Part shown: piece by piece, positions 27,034 through 37,009 of the stretch
Layout: every line of letters begins with the position of its first letter
How positions within the stretch are numbered: position 1 is the first letter of the stretch
Notes under the pieces: generated by a model
Databases searched by the model: none
Told to the model about the DNA's origin: nothing
What the model saw: the letters and a program-made list of their open reading frames with translations, nothing else
Program-made: the position numbers and the translations under genes
Virus record (IMG/VR): IMGVR_UViG_3300046513_000348
Coordinates: 62,001 to 126,000 of that record
Length of the DNA: 64,000 nucleotides
Direction: 5' to 3' (one strand)

Positions 27034-27897
27034 TTATGCACGAGCGGTAGTCGAGTGGCGTTCGTGTTCGCGATCCAGTACCTGTTCGGTAACCTGAGCA
27101 TACGGAGGCATGTGAGTATGGTCTTTCGGATCGACGCCCTGAGGAGTCATCTCACGGCGTTCCTGACGACCACGGCGATCGCCATCGCGGCGCTCGGTAC
27201 CACGCGGTTGATTCATGGCGCCAGCGAATGCCAGGCCCATAGCGGTCTGTGGAATGGCCACCACGGGGTCAGCGCCCGGAGTCTGGAGTTCCACCGTACT
27301 CGACGATGCCGACGGCTCTGCGGCCGGCGTAACCGTGCGCAGTTCAGGTGCAGTCGAGTTGCGTTCATTGATCAGCTCTGCGGCCTGCCCTGCCGGGATG
27401 ACAGGAGTGCCACCGATATGCCAACGCCAGAAAGGACGTTGGTCAGTGGTGACGGACGCAGTCGGAACATCCTTGATGATGTTTTCCGGCGTGAAGCCGA
27501 AGATGCGATCCAGGATCGTGAAGTCCGTGAATACCGGGGTCGTGATGCCGAGGGTAACCAGAACCGACTCGGTAGTACCAATCGCCATGTAGCGATCGTA
27601 CCACGGTCCCAGAGGGTAGAACACGGCAACGAGGTCGTTGCCGTGTGCCTTCACGTAGTAGGTGATGTTGTCAGTCGGATCGCGGAAGACCACGAAACGA
27701 TCAGCAACCAGCATCTGAGCATAGTGACGAGCCAGTGGGCTGATCTCCACTGCCGGTGCTTGGGAGCCGCCGGTCGAGCTGACCAGTTCAGCGAACGCCG
27801 AGGTCAACATGTTGAGGGGCAGGTCGACGATGTCTTTGTCCAGGTTCTCGCTGTGGAGGGCTTCCATGGTACGACGGCTAAGATAGGATTGGGTCAT
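27034..27897 (-). CDS. Hypothetical protein with a disordered Arg-rich C-terminus
   Basis: Start reset to 27897 (AAGGAG Shine-Dalgarno), 287 aa. Confidence 0.75.
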   Translation of the reverse strand: MTQSYLSRRTMEALHSENLDKDIVDLPLNMLTSAFAELVSSTGGSQAPAVEISPLARHYAQMLVADRFVVFRDPTDNITYYVKAHGNDLVAVFYPLGPWYDRYMAIGTTESVLVTLGITTPVFTDFTILDRIFGFTPENIIKDVPTASVTTDQRPFWRWHIGGTPVIPAGQAAELINERNSTAPELRTVTPAAEPSASSSTVELQTPGADPVVAIPQTAMGLAFAGAMNQPRGTERRDGDRRGRQERREMTPQGVDPKDHTHMPPYAQVTEQVLDREHERHSTTARA

Positions 27898-28020
27898 GTT
27901 GTTCTCCTTGAAAAGGTTTTGGCCAAAAAAGATTTTGATTGCGTTTCGTAAATCCGAGAGAGCATAACACCCATAATTGCTACTGGCCGAAGCCAGTAGC
28001 AATTACAGATGGGTTTCGTC

Positions 28021-28521
28021 TTACGACGAGAAGGCGGTGCTGTAGCCCTCGGACAGGAAGCCGCGAACTGCTTTCAGTTCGCCCTTCGAGTTCTGGGTGC
28101 CGCGAACCTTGTACTTCACGGTCGCATCGCCCCACAGGTCGCGCTCGCCGTCGACCTTGAAGGCGCCGCTTTCCTTGTCCAGGACACGGTTCGGCACGCG
28201 CTGGTGTTTCTCGAACGAGACTTCCATGCGGTTGCGGCCGATTTCGAAGACGCCCGACACCGTCGAGACGTCCTTGTTGTTGCGCTTGTGCTCGAGGGCG
28301 ATCTCGCCTTGTGCCAGGGTATTGGCGGCGATGAAGTCCGAACGGTATTCGTCGTCGCGTTCCATCTGGTCGACGTCGCGGCCGTCTTCGGTTGCGATCT
28401 TGCGGAACAGGCCGTCGTCCTTCAGGGTGTTGTTGCTGTCGACGCCGGTGCCTTGCACTGCCTTGATGCGATCGGCCAGGGTGCGGGTTTTCGGGCTGAC
28501 GTTGAATTCTTTATCGCTCAT
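28021..28521 (-). CDS. Hypothetical protein, probably highly expressed
   Basis: 166 aa, extreme C/G-ending codon bias. Confidence 0.8.
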   Translation of the reverse strand: MSDKEFNVSPKTRTLADRIKAVQGTGVDSNNTLKDDGLFRKIATEDGRDVDQMERDDEYRSDFIAANTLAQGEIALEHKRNNKDVSTVSGVFEIGRNRMEVSFEKHQRVPNRVLDKESGAFKVDGERDLWGDATVKYKVRGTQNSKGELKAVRGFLSEGYSTAFSS

Positions 28522-28579
28522 GATGCTGCCTTTGTAAATTACAGGGGTTAACGTTAACTACTTGTAAAAGAACCGGGTT

Positions 28580-29065
28580 CTAGTTACCGCGGTTACCAAA
28601 GCTGCGGGCCTGGCCATTCCAGTTGCCGCCGCTGTGATTCCTTTGTCCTTGCGGACGATTCGGGGTCCACTCGCGCTTCGGATAGGGAGCACGAGGGGCA
28701 GGCGTTTCATGTACGACGGGCGGCGCCGGCGGTACGTACTTGGCCTGGTTGAAATTGTACTTGGTCACGAACTTGGCCTTGAAGCCGACAGCGACCTTGA
28801 TGCCGTCTTTGGTTTCGGTGAAGTTTTCATCGGCGCCATTGGCGACGAGAACGACGTACTTGCCTTCGTGGAGAGTAACCACGGGACGGCGAACGCGTTC
28901 GTTAATACCTTCGGGCCAGTTGGTTTCGTCGAAGCGAATGGCGTGAATTGCGCTACCCGGTTCGATATAGCTTTCGGTCGATTTACCGATTGCCTGTTCG
29001 AGGAGTTTCAGATCGAACTCCCGGTCCAGAAACATGATCGTTCCGGACTTCTCATTACTGGTCAT
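28580..29065 (-). CDS. Hypothetical protein with a Pro/Arg/Gly/Asn-rich tail
   Basis: Start 29065 after AGGGA Shine-Dalgarno. Confidence 0.75.
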   Translation of the reverse strand: MTSNEKSGTIMFLDREFDLKLLEQAIGKSTESYIEPGSAIHAIRFDETNWPEGINERVRRPVVTLHEGKYVVLVANGADENFTETKDGIKVAVGFKAKFVTKYNFNQAKYVPPAPPVVHETPAPRAPYPKREWTPNRPQGQRNHSGGNWNGQARSFGNRGN

Positions 29066-29169
29066 GAATGTCCCTTTGTAAAAATCGATTATCACAGCTC
29101 TTACTAAACCAGTAAGACTGCCATTATTTTTTTACGCATTGTGAAAGAGTAATACCGAAACTCATTGCA

Positions 29170-29196
29170 GTAATATGTTGCTGAAAATAAATAGAA
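29170..29196 (-). promoter_or_regulatory. Putative early promoter
   Basis: ...ttttcagcaaCATATTAC directly downstream of the protease terminator. Confidence 0.45.
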
Positions 29197-29198
29197 CA

Positions 29199-29230
29199 GC
29201 ATATATCCCAGGGGCTTGTGGCCCCTGGGA
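29199..29230 (-). terminator. Hairpin plus TATGC
   Basis: tcccaggggc-ttgtg-gcccctggga with GCATA at 29199. Confidence 0.75.
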
Positions 29231-29242
29231 ATGCGCAGCTTA

Positions 29243-30022
29243 TTACAGCTTCGGGGTGTTCAGCAGCTCCATGAAGTTGCGACGTGCTTGTGGCGTATCG
29301 CGAACTTCCCAGCCACAGGCCGACATCAGCGCTTGTACCGGCACGATCGACGACTCGTTCGAACCAGGTGCATTGCGAATGTGACGTGCTGCTTGACGGA
29401 TCGTACCTTGGGTGAAGGTCTTCTCGTTGTACGATTCGAGCGCCGGCGAGTTGTACTTCGTCGCCTGCTTGATGCCCGGTTCGTTCACGTAGTCAAAGGT
29501 GACGACGTGTTTCATTTCCTTGATGACGCGACCGCCGATGCGATGCGGCATCGAGAAGCAACGGATGGAGAAGCAGACGTTCTCTTCACCGTTCTCGATC
29601 GACTTCTCCAGAGCAGGACCGTAGTAGCCGCTCGGACCGATCTCGCTCATGATGCCGACGTACGGCTTGCCGTTGTCGTCTTTGAAGTTGTCGAAGTCCA
29701 GCCAGATGCGACGATGGTGGCAGCAGGTCAGGGTTTCTTCGACAGTCAGCAGACGCTCGATGAATTGCTCATCGGACATCATGCCTTGTTTCGGATGACC
29801 GTACTCGCCACGCAGGACGCCCTTCTTGGCCATGCGGACCAGGTCGCTTGCTTCTTCGAAGAATTTACGACCGTAGTTGTAGTCGTAGAATTCATTCTTG
29901 TTGTTGACCATGTTCAGGGCACCTACCAGAAATGGATAGTAACCCCGTTCATTCTTTTTGATAGTGCCCGCAACGTTCCGGCCGTTCAGAACTTGACAGG
30001 ACACTTCGACGGTATTTTGCAT
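29243..30022 (-). CDS. Prohead (head maturation) protease (phiKZ gp175-like)
   Basis: LRGEYGHP, CCHH, catalytic FSIRC, TFDYVNEPGI. Confidence 0.9.
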   Translation of the reverse strand: MQNTVEVSCQVLNGRNVAGTIKKNERGYYPFLVGALNMVNNKNEFYDYNYGRKFFEEASDLVRMAKKGVLRGEYGHPKQGMMSDEQFIERLLTVEETLTCCHHRRIWLDFDNFKDDNGKPYVGIMSEIGPSGYYGPALEKSIENGEENVCFSIRCFSMPHRIGGRVIKEMKHVVTFDYVNEPGIKQATKYNSPALESYNEKTFTQGTIRQAARHIRNAPGSNESSIVPVQALMSACGWEVRDTPQARRNFMELLNTPKL

Positions 30023-30043
30023 GTCTTTCCTGCGCTAAAAAAA

Positions 30044-30766
30044 TTACATACGGAGATATTCTTCGATTTTCTCCACACGCTCGGAAGGATTGTTCAGTGC
30101 GGCAATGAAGCCGCGGCTCTGATACGAACCGGCAATCCGAGTAAGCGTGGAGCTTGCCGAGTACTCGATGGTACGGATACTCGTCGGGACCTGTTCCTTT
30201 TGAGTCAGGTCGGCAACCGACTTAACGGCATGCCTGAACATTTTGCTACGATCGGATTTAAGACGCGTGTTGTGCGCCACGATCAGTTCGGTCACCTCGA
30301 CCTGTTCCGTGATATTCGTGCCTGCATGCTTGGGAGCCGAGTCGAACACTTTGCAACGGTCAAGATAATTGATGAACCAGGGAACGCGAGCCTTTGCGAT
30401 GATCTCGGTGAAGATGTGATAAACGATACCACTGTTCTTCACCAGATCCAGACTCGGGCTTACTACGGTATTTGCATCAAAGTGATACATCACGTAGCAG
30501 TCGCCATCGACATCGACTTCCGAGATCGACGACGGCTTGAGTGGAATGAAGGCGTTCGTCATCGTGATAAAGTAGGAATTGCCTACAATCCACGCGCAAA
30601 TGCCAACGGTTTTGTTTTCGGAACCTACGGTCGCGAGCTTAACTTCGACGAAGCGTTTGGGGATCATGACAGAACAAGCAGCATTCGTCATGAGTACCCC
30701 ATCCTTCGAAACTACGAAGTGCTTCTCGGCAAGCTTAGGGTCCCGGGTGAGACCCTTGACGTTCAT
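30044..30766 (-). CDS. phiKZ gp176-like protein, putative virion RNAP-associated subunit
   Basis: 240 aa adjacent to the protease; VPWFINY and STLTRIAGSY; synteny. Confidence 0.6.
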   Translation of the reverse strand: MNVKGLTRDPKLAEKHFVVSKDGVLMTNAACSVMIPKRFVEVKLATVGSENKTVGICAWIVGNSYFITMTNAFIPLKPSSISEVDVDGDCYVMYHFDANTVVSPSLDLVKNSGIVYHIFTEIIAKARVPWFINYLDRCKVFDSAPKHAGTNITEQVEVTELIVAHNTRLKSDRSKMFRHAVKSVADLTQKEQVPTSIRTIEYSASSTLTRIAGSYQSRGFIAALNNPSERVEKIEEYLRM

Positions 30767-32199
30767 ACGTCGATTTCAACCTGGCTTGCGAACCAGCTGG
30801 CGACGTAGTTCGTCATCGACAGGTTCAGGGCGTCTTCCTTGGTGATGTCCGGATTAGCGACCATCGCTTCGGTAACGCCCATCAGGATCTGCAGCGCGTC
30901 GGTGTGGTTGAAGATGACTTCGCACACGACCTTCATCGCCAGGGTGTCGACTTCCTTCAGGGCGGGTGCGTACACGCCTTCCAGGTAGTCGCGGCAGTTC
31001 TCGACGATCAGCTCACGGTTGGCGATGACGACCAGATCTTCGGTGGTGCGGACGTACTGGCGAACGAACACGTCGATCGCACGGCGCACATCCAGCAGTT
31101 CCGACGAAGCGGCGTTCAGCTTGGCCTGCGTAGCGTGGTATGCCCAGGCCTGCTTGAACTTCTCGACGTTCTCGACGATCTCGTTCACGTAGACCTTCTT
31201 GTCGCCGGAGACGACCGAGCCCAGAACGGTTTCGATGTCGCCGCCGTCGGCCATGAAGCGGTCGAAGACAGGCTTGTTGACGTAGACGACTTTGCCATCG
31301 ACCTTGTCGATCAGCTTGCCGGTCTTTTCCATGTTGCGCTGGATCATCAGCTGCGTGTACAGCGCGGAGCCGGCGACTTCTTGCAGGCTCTTCAGGACCA
31401 TGGTATACTTGTTCGAAGACAGACGACCCAGACCCGTCACTTCCGGCAGGTTGTCCGAATCGTTCAGCAGCTTGGTGGCGATCAGGAAGACTGCGAAGTT
31501 GCGGGACAGGCCTTTGACGCGATCCGAACGGAACATGTCGTAGTGGGCGTATGCGCCCTTGTCGCCGCAGAACACGACGTTCCATACTTCACGGATCAGT
31601 TCCATGCCGGCCTGCGAAACGAACGCTGCAACAGCGGTGTCGTAGGCATCGGCGCCGATCTTCATCAGGTCGACGATGGCTTCATCCGACATGGGCTTGA
31701 AGTCCAGTTGGAAGGCCATTTCACGCGGCGGCGTGATCTTGCCGAAGTTGTCGATCTGGTTCACGATGTCGGCCACATCCAGCAACGGTGAACCGGAAAC
31801 CATTTCGATCTTGAAGCTGCGGATACCGCAACGCTCGTCCAGATTCTGGGCGGCCTTGATGGCATTGTGCAGTTCGCCGATGACCGGCAGGACGACGGTG
31901 GTGGCGTGAGCAACGTGACCTGCCAACTGGATACCCAGTTCTTTCGAAGCGGCTTCCAGGTAAGCGGTATGCACGTCGTCGACGGCTTCACCGCCGCTCA
32001 CGCGGATTTCGTTCTGCTGGTACAGGTCAGCCGGCAGTTTGTCGATGTCGCCCAGATCGTCCAGGGTCGTGCCCCAGGTCTTGGTCGCAGCCATGGCTTC
32101 AGCCAGAGGCGTATCGCCCATCGGGCGCAGGGAAACGCCTTTGTCAGCCAGCAAGGCGACCAGGTCGGTAGTGGAGGTGAGGGCTTCGAGGTTCAGCAT
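30763..32199 (-). CDS. phiKZ gp177-like conserved protein
   Basis: 478 aa, helical, strong codon bias; synteny. Confidence 0.7.
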   Translation of the reverse strand: MLNLEALTSTTDLVALLADKGVSLRPMGDTPLAEAMAATKTWGTTLDDLGDIDKLPADLYQQNEIRVSGGEAVDDVHTAYLEAASKELGIQLAGHVAHATTVVLPVIGELHNAIKAAQNLDERCGIRSFKIEMVSGSPLLDVADIVNQIDNFGKITPPREMAFQLDFKPMSDEAIVDLMKIGADAYDTAVAAFVSQAGMELIREVWNVVFCGDKGAYAHYDMFRSDRVKGLSRNFAVFLIATKLLNDSDNLPEVTGLGRLSSNKYTMVLKSLQEVAGSALYTQLMIQRNMEKTGKLIDKVDGKVVYVNKPVFDRFMADGGDIETVLGSVVSGDKKVYVNEIVENVEKFKQAWAYHATQAKLNAASSELLDVRRAIDVFVRQYVRTTEDLVVIANRELIVENCRDYLEGVYAPALKEVDTLAMKVVCEVIFNHTDALQILMGVTEAMVANPDITKEDALNLSMTNYVASWFASQVEIDV

Positions 32200-32211
32200 G
32201 GTTTCGATTCC

Positions 32212-32484
32212 TTAGGCGGAGACGTTGGGAGTACCGGCGCCGCTCTGGTGTTTGCCTTGCAGGACCGACTTGTTGAATTGGCCACCCGGCAGATTGCGGA
32301 TGCGACCCGACAGTTTCTTGTTGACGGCCAGCACGGCGGCTGCGTACACGTTCTCGCGTGCAGCCGGCATGCCGAACAGATTGCGGACGTTCTCGTTGCT
32401 CATCATCGACGAGACGGTGAGACGAGTCATTTCCGCGACGTTGGCAAGGATTGCCATGTTGATTTCGGGCGAAGCATGCGCCAT
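32212..32484 (-). CDS. Small hypothetical protein
   Basis: 90 aa, AGGA Shine-Dalgarno. Confidence 0.7.
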   Translation of the reverse strand: MAHASPEINMAILANVAEMTRLTVSSMMSNENVRNLFGMPAARENVYAAAVLAVNKKLSGRIRNLPGGQFNKSVLQGKHQSGAGTPNVSA

Positions 32485-32522
32485 GATCGTTTCCTATTAA
32501 AAAGTATTTACCACGAGACAGA

Positions 32523-32554
32523 CATAAATGGGTGAGGATATACCTCACCCATTT
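32523..32554 (-). terminator. Hairpin plus TATG after the vRNAP beta gene
   Basis: aaatgggtgagg-atata-cctcacccattt. Confidence 0.75.
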
Positions 32555-32566
32555 TCATTTTCTCAA

Positions 32567-35500
32567 TTACGAGTCGTATGCGGCCACAGCAAGTTCCGCA
32601 CCGCGCATCAAGATGGCCACGGTAGTGCCAACCTTGTCGGGCGAAGTCACAATACGACGCTGACTCGACGTGTAGCTGAACCGCCCCAGGATCTTCCTGC
32701 CATCCTGAGCTTGCATGGGTTCCTTGATGACCTTGCCGATAATCGATTTCAACTGATTAACGAGCACGATCTTGTCACCCACACCTGCTGGTTCTGGCCC
32801 GGTGATGTAGATACGAATTGCGATCGAGTCCAGAGGAATGGAATTCCCCTTAACTTTAAAGCCCTCGTCCACTTCACCAGTGACCACTGTCTTGTTCATT
32901 GACTTACGACGAGCTGCCAATTCGCGGTCGCCTTGGTTGACAATTTTGCGGATGTTATCCGACATGTCTTCCTTATCGCCGCGGTAGAACACCTCGATTC
33001 GTTCGACAACGCCATCGTATTTAGCTTTCGGAGCCTGAGAGCCAAGGGCTTTCAAACTATCAATGTCCGCTTCATCGTAAAGGTCGAGACCGCTCGTGAT
33101 CTCGTCCTGGATGAGGCACAATACGTCATCGTATTTCACCGCTTCGCCTGCTTTAACCAAACGAGAAATCGCCTGTTTGAAGCTGACAATAATGGTGCGT
33201 TGTTTTGTCTGTTCCGTCACCAACATGTCGGCCAGTTCTTGGCTAATCACGCTAGCGTCTTCAATCACGTCAGAAGGTTCGCACATAGCGAAGTATGCGT
33301 AGGTGCCGTTGCACCATGTCACCTGACGTGGGTTCAGGGTATCCGGTTTGAAGTAGCCTTTGTTGTAAGCGATTGCGTCGCCTTCCTGGAACTTCGTACC
33401 GACCTTGAGATTAGTTACGAGCATGTGCGGAATCGTCATGCCAGCGTTTTCGCCGTATTGACGACCCAGGGGATAACCCTTGACCGATCCGTCAGCATAC
33501 TGGACGGTAATGCCATGATCGGTGATTTCTTTAACGACGCCTTTCTGCTTGGCAGTGGTGGCGAAGAGTTCGGAAGTACGATGAGGGATAACTGCCTCGT
33601 AACCAGTACGCAGGATGTTTTCCATCTGACCGTTGACAGCCACTCCGTGATCATGCTGAATGGAAATGAATCCCATTCGTTTCATGTCATCGTGAGTAGC
33701 CGCGGGAGATGCCAGGACGCTCGACGAGAAGATCGAGCTCATGCCGAAGTCTTTCTGATCGACATCGACGGGCATGCCCAGTGTATTTTTCAGTTGCGCA
33801 TTTGGAGCCAGGTAAGTATTGATGCCGACCTCACCCGAGTCTTTGGTAGCCTCGGAGATAATCCCTTTATCGTTCTTACCATATTCACGGGTAGCTGCCG
33901 TCATCGTGTCTTTCGAACGACCACCGGCACCGGTGAAAGTAACTTCCTCACGCTGTTTGACGTTTGCGATCGGATTGATGTCCTTCACGACGACGATCGA
34001 CTGGTCTTGGGCCAGCGATTGCCAAACAGCGAAAGGTTTCATTTCGATCGGATAACGCGACTTGCCTGGGCGAGCATTGTGGACACGCATGGCTTTCACG
34101 AGTTCCTGGTATACTGCACCAGCCACACGTTCGTAACCCTTGATGCGCATCTCGCTCATGTCGAGCTCAGGACGATGCATGTCGTCCATCAGCAGTTCTG
34201 TCGCAAAGACCAGAATGCCCATGAAGTCGGTCGGTTGTTTGAGTTGGGTCAGTACCTCACGCGTAATCGGATCCACGAAAAGATCGCGAGCGAGATTGAT
34301 TTCCCGCAGAACACGAGTACCGCCACCAGTCGAATCGAATACGTTCTGGTAGACGCCCTTCTGATCGAAGTCGGTAATGCTGAAGCCGCGTATGACGCGT
34401 TTGAACTCCAGGAAACCACCGAGTAACAGACAGGCCAAACGGTCCTGCTTAGAGAACAGCAGGGTTTCGTCGTTAAAGACCAGAGCCACTTCGTCAGGTT
34501 GTGCATTCACGCGAGTGCCGACAGGGACACGACGCGTTTGGATTTTGAGGCGACGTACGAGTTCAGTCAAGCCGTAATCGTAAGCCAGAATCATGCCGAT
34601 CGGAACATACTTGCCGCCGATCTTCAGTTCGCAGTACTCCGCAGGAGCGCCACCGATGTCCAGGCCCAGAATGTCTTCCAGTTCACCTAGCGGTTTGACG
34701 TTCTCTCCCTCGATGAGGTAGAAGCTGTCGCCTTCGTAGTAGACGATGTGCTTCTTGTTGGAGATTGCGATTGGAACGAAGCCCTTCTTGATCCAAGGGG
34801 CAACGATTTCCATGTTGAAGTTTTCTTCGATCTTGGTCAAGTCCAGATGGAACACGAAGTTCAGGCCGTCTTCTGCCTTCACCGTGAACTGCTTGATCTG
34901 CTTGGCCAGCGACGAAACGCTACGAGGAGCTTTGACGCCCATCTGGAAAACGTTCGCCGTCTTCACATCGCTGATGCGATCGACGTCCGGACTGAAGCCC
35001 AGAGACATCACTTCATTGACGATCCACTGGCCGTAATCATTCACTGCCTTGCGGCTGCGATAGATAAAGAACTTGCCGTAGTAGCTGGTCAGAGCCACCT
35101 TGTTGGATGCCACCTTACGGATCGGGAAGTCGCCACGCTGGTTACGCATGGAGTACTTGACGCCGTTAGCCGTGTAGGTCCCGTCTTCCTGGATTTCAGG
35201 AATAGGGAAACGAAGCGTGGTCGGGGAACCTTCCACAGGGACGAGACGAACCATGTAGTTCATGTTCGAACCCATCACGGTTTCAGTCTTCTCGACCTCG
35301 AGGTTGTCAATGATGACGTTCGCATTCTGGACGTGAGTAATCATGCCCAGGATGTGCTTCGGCAGCGTCTTCGTGATGTAACGCTTTTGGGCTTCTTCGA
35401 TCGGCGAATACAGCATCGATTCGTCAACGACGGTAGCGCCCGGAGCCACCACATGTTTGTTGTTAATGTCGAGTTCCCCTTCCTCGATTTTCATCGCATC

Positions 35501-36997
35501 GAGGAGAGTGCCCTTGCCGCCCGGCATTGGGTTAGGCAGGGTTTTGTATTTCTCGGCTAAGGTCGTCAAGCGACGATACTCGGCAGCAGTCATGAGACTT
35601 GCTTCAGCGAGAACGCCGCAGCGGTCTTTGATCTTCTCGTCGTAGGTGCGAGTGTCGCCAACAGCCAGAGGAAGGACTTCGCCAGTCGACGGATTCACGA
35701 CGTCACGGGTTTCTTCAGCCGCATTGATCTTTTCGAGCTCAGCCAGGTCAGCATCGATGATCGCGTTGACGTCAGCATTGAGTTCCAACTTGGAAGAATC
35801 CTCGTCTTCTTTCGCAGTAACGCGAGCGGCTTCGCGAAGGATCTCTTCGCTAGATTTCACCCCGCTTCCGTTTAAGCTCGAAGATGAGGTCGTCGAGTCC
35901 TCCAAGTCGCTTCCTTTTTTTACCGCGATTTCCTCCTCATCTTCCGCGTTCGGCATGGAGACGGCATTATCCTTCTCCTCGCTCTCGTCTTCCTGTTCTT
36001 CAGGAGCCGGAGCTGCACCGTGCGTATTAATGACGGGTTTCGGGCCTTGCAGGGCGTCTTGCAGCTCTGCATCGCCATCGATAGCGACATCCGAACGAGC
36101 CGAGGCTAGGGTCATGTACATCCGCAGGAAGTACTTCTGCAGTTGCGCATTCTCGTAGCTGGTCGATTCGTAGGGCTGGCCCTGCTGAGGGTCGACGGTC
36201 TTTGCCTTGACATCGGCGCGATACTTTTCGACGGTCGACTTCTTCCACCAGTGCAGTCGGTCCAGATTGATGGCGACCCACTGATTGTGGTCCTGGATGA
36301 TCAGGTTGATGAAGCGGTAGTTCTTCGGTTCGATGCGGTCGAAGATGTTCGGGGTCGGTTCATCGCTCAGCCACTTCCAGATCTCCAGCAGCACGCGAGC
36401 GCCGTCGTTGTTGAAGACCTTCAGTGATGCCTGGTCCATGTTCTTCATGGCGGTGTTCAGGCGAGACACGGCAGGCAGGATCATCGGGACATCGATGACC
36501 ATGAACTGATGACGCTGCGTTGCCTTGGCGACTTCGTTCATCGTGGACGTGACCGTGTGCATCATGTCGACCCACTCATTGTAATCCGCGAACAGCGAAC
36601 GGATGTACTTGTAGCCATGATGCAGCAGGGCATAGTTGGCGACGACCAGGGTCTTCTCGTCCTTCGGCATCTTGTCCAGATCAGTCAGACGACGGAAGCG
36701 GCGATTGCGAACCAGATAACCACGCATGATCGGATTCGGATCGAACGTCACCTTCTGGGGTTTGTTCGGCGGATCGATCAACAACAGCGGAGTGTAGATC
36801 TGGATCGGCTTGGTGTAGGGGCGGAACAGCGGATGATCGCTGCCGGGACCGACATCGACCTTACTGTTGCTCACGTAATGCAGGAAAGCGTTTTGAGGAA
36901 GTTGGTACTCCCTCAGGCCGGAGATCGGTGGGGCTACAAGCTGAGTAGCCTTACGAATCATCCGCGCCTTTTCAAACGCTGGATAAAGAATGTTCAT
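32567..36997 (-). CDS. Virion RNA polymerase beta subunit, N-terminal part (phiKZ gp178-like)
   Basis: 1476 aa; QRGDFPIRK, ALTSYYGK, GGRS, GIISEATKDSGEVG, HDDMKR, EDASVIS, GDK.V..NQLKS. Confidence 0.92.
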   Translation of the reverse strand: MNILYPAFEKARMIRKATQLVAPPISGLREYQLPQNAFLHYVSNSKVDVGPGSDHPLFRPYTKPIQIYTPLLLIDPPNKPQKVTFDPNPIMRGYLVRNRRFRRLTDLDKMPKDEKTLVVANYALLHHGYKYIRSLFADYNEWVDMMHTVTSTMNEVAKATQRHQFMVIDVPMILPAVSRLNTAMKNMDQASLKVFNNDGARVLLEIWKWLSDEPTPNIFDRIEPKNYRFINLIIQDHNQWVAINLDRLHWWKKSTVEKYRADVKAKTVDPQQGQPYESTSYENAQLQKYFLRMYMTLASARSDVAIDGDAELQDALQGPKPVINTHGAAPAPEEQEDESEEKDNAVSMPNAEDEEEIAVKKGSDLEDSTTSSSSLNGSGVKSSEEILREAARVTAKEDEDSSKLELNADVNAIIDADLAELEKINAAEETRDVVNPSTGEVLPLAVGDTRTYDEKIKDRCGVLAEASLMTAAEYRRLTTLAEKYKTLPNPMPGGKGTLLDAMKIEEGELDINNKHVVAPGATVVDESMLYSPIEEAQKRYITKTLPKHILGMITHVQNANVIIDNLEVEKTETVMGSNMNYMVRLVPVEGSPTTLRFPIPEIQEDGTYTANGVKYSMRNQRGDFPIRKVASNKVALTSYYGKFFIYRSRKAVNDYGQWIVNEVMSLGFSPDVDRISDVKTANVFQMGVKAPRSVSSLAKQIKQFTVKAEDGLNFVFHLDLTKIEENFNMEIVAPWIKKGFVPIAISNKKHIVYYEGDSFYLIEGENVKPLGELEDILGLDIGGAPAEYCELKIGGKYVPIGMILAYDYGLTELVRRLKIQTRRVPVGTRVNAQPDEVALVFNDETLLFSKQDRLACLLLGGFLEFKRVIRGFSITDFDQKGVYQNVFDSTGGGTRVLREINLARDLFVDPITREVLTQLKQPTDFMGILVFATELLMDDMHRPELDMSEMRIKGYERVAGAVYQELVKAMRVHNARPGKSRYPIEMKPFAVWQSLAQDQSIVVVKDINPIANVKQREEVTFTGAGGRSKDTMTAATREYGKNDKGIISEATKDSGEVGINTYLAPNAQLKNTLGMPVDVDQKDFGMSSIFSSSVLASPAATHDDMKRMGFISIQHDHGVAVNGQMENILRTGYEAVIPHRTSELFATTAKQKGVVKEITDHGITVQYADGSVKGYPLGRQYGENAGMTIPHMLVTNLKVGTKFQEGDAIAYNKGYFKPDTLNPRQVTWCNGTYAYFAMCEPSDVIEDASVISQELADMLVTEQTKQRTIIVSFKQAISRLVKAGEAVKYDDVLCLIQDEITSGLDLYDEADIDSLKALGSQAPKAKYDGVVERIEVFYRGDKEDMSDNIRKIVNQGDRELAARRKSMNKTVVTGEVDEGFKVKGNSIPLDSIAIRIYITGPEPAGVGDKIVLVNQLKSIIGKVIKEPMQAQDGRKILGRFSYTSSQRRIVTSPDKVGTTVAILMRGAELAVAAYDS

Positions 36998-37009
36998 TTT
37001 TCTTCCCAG

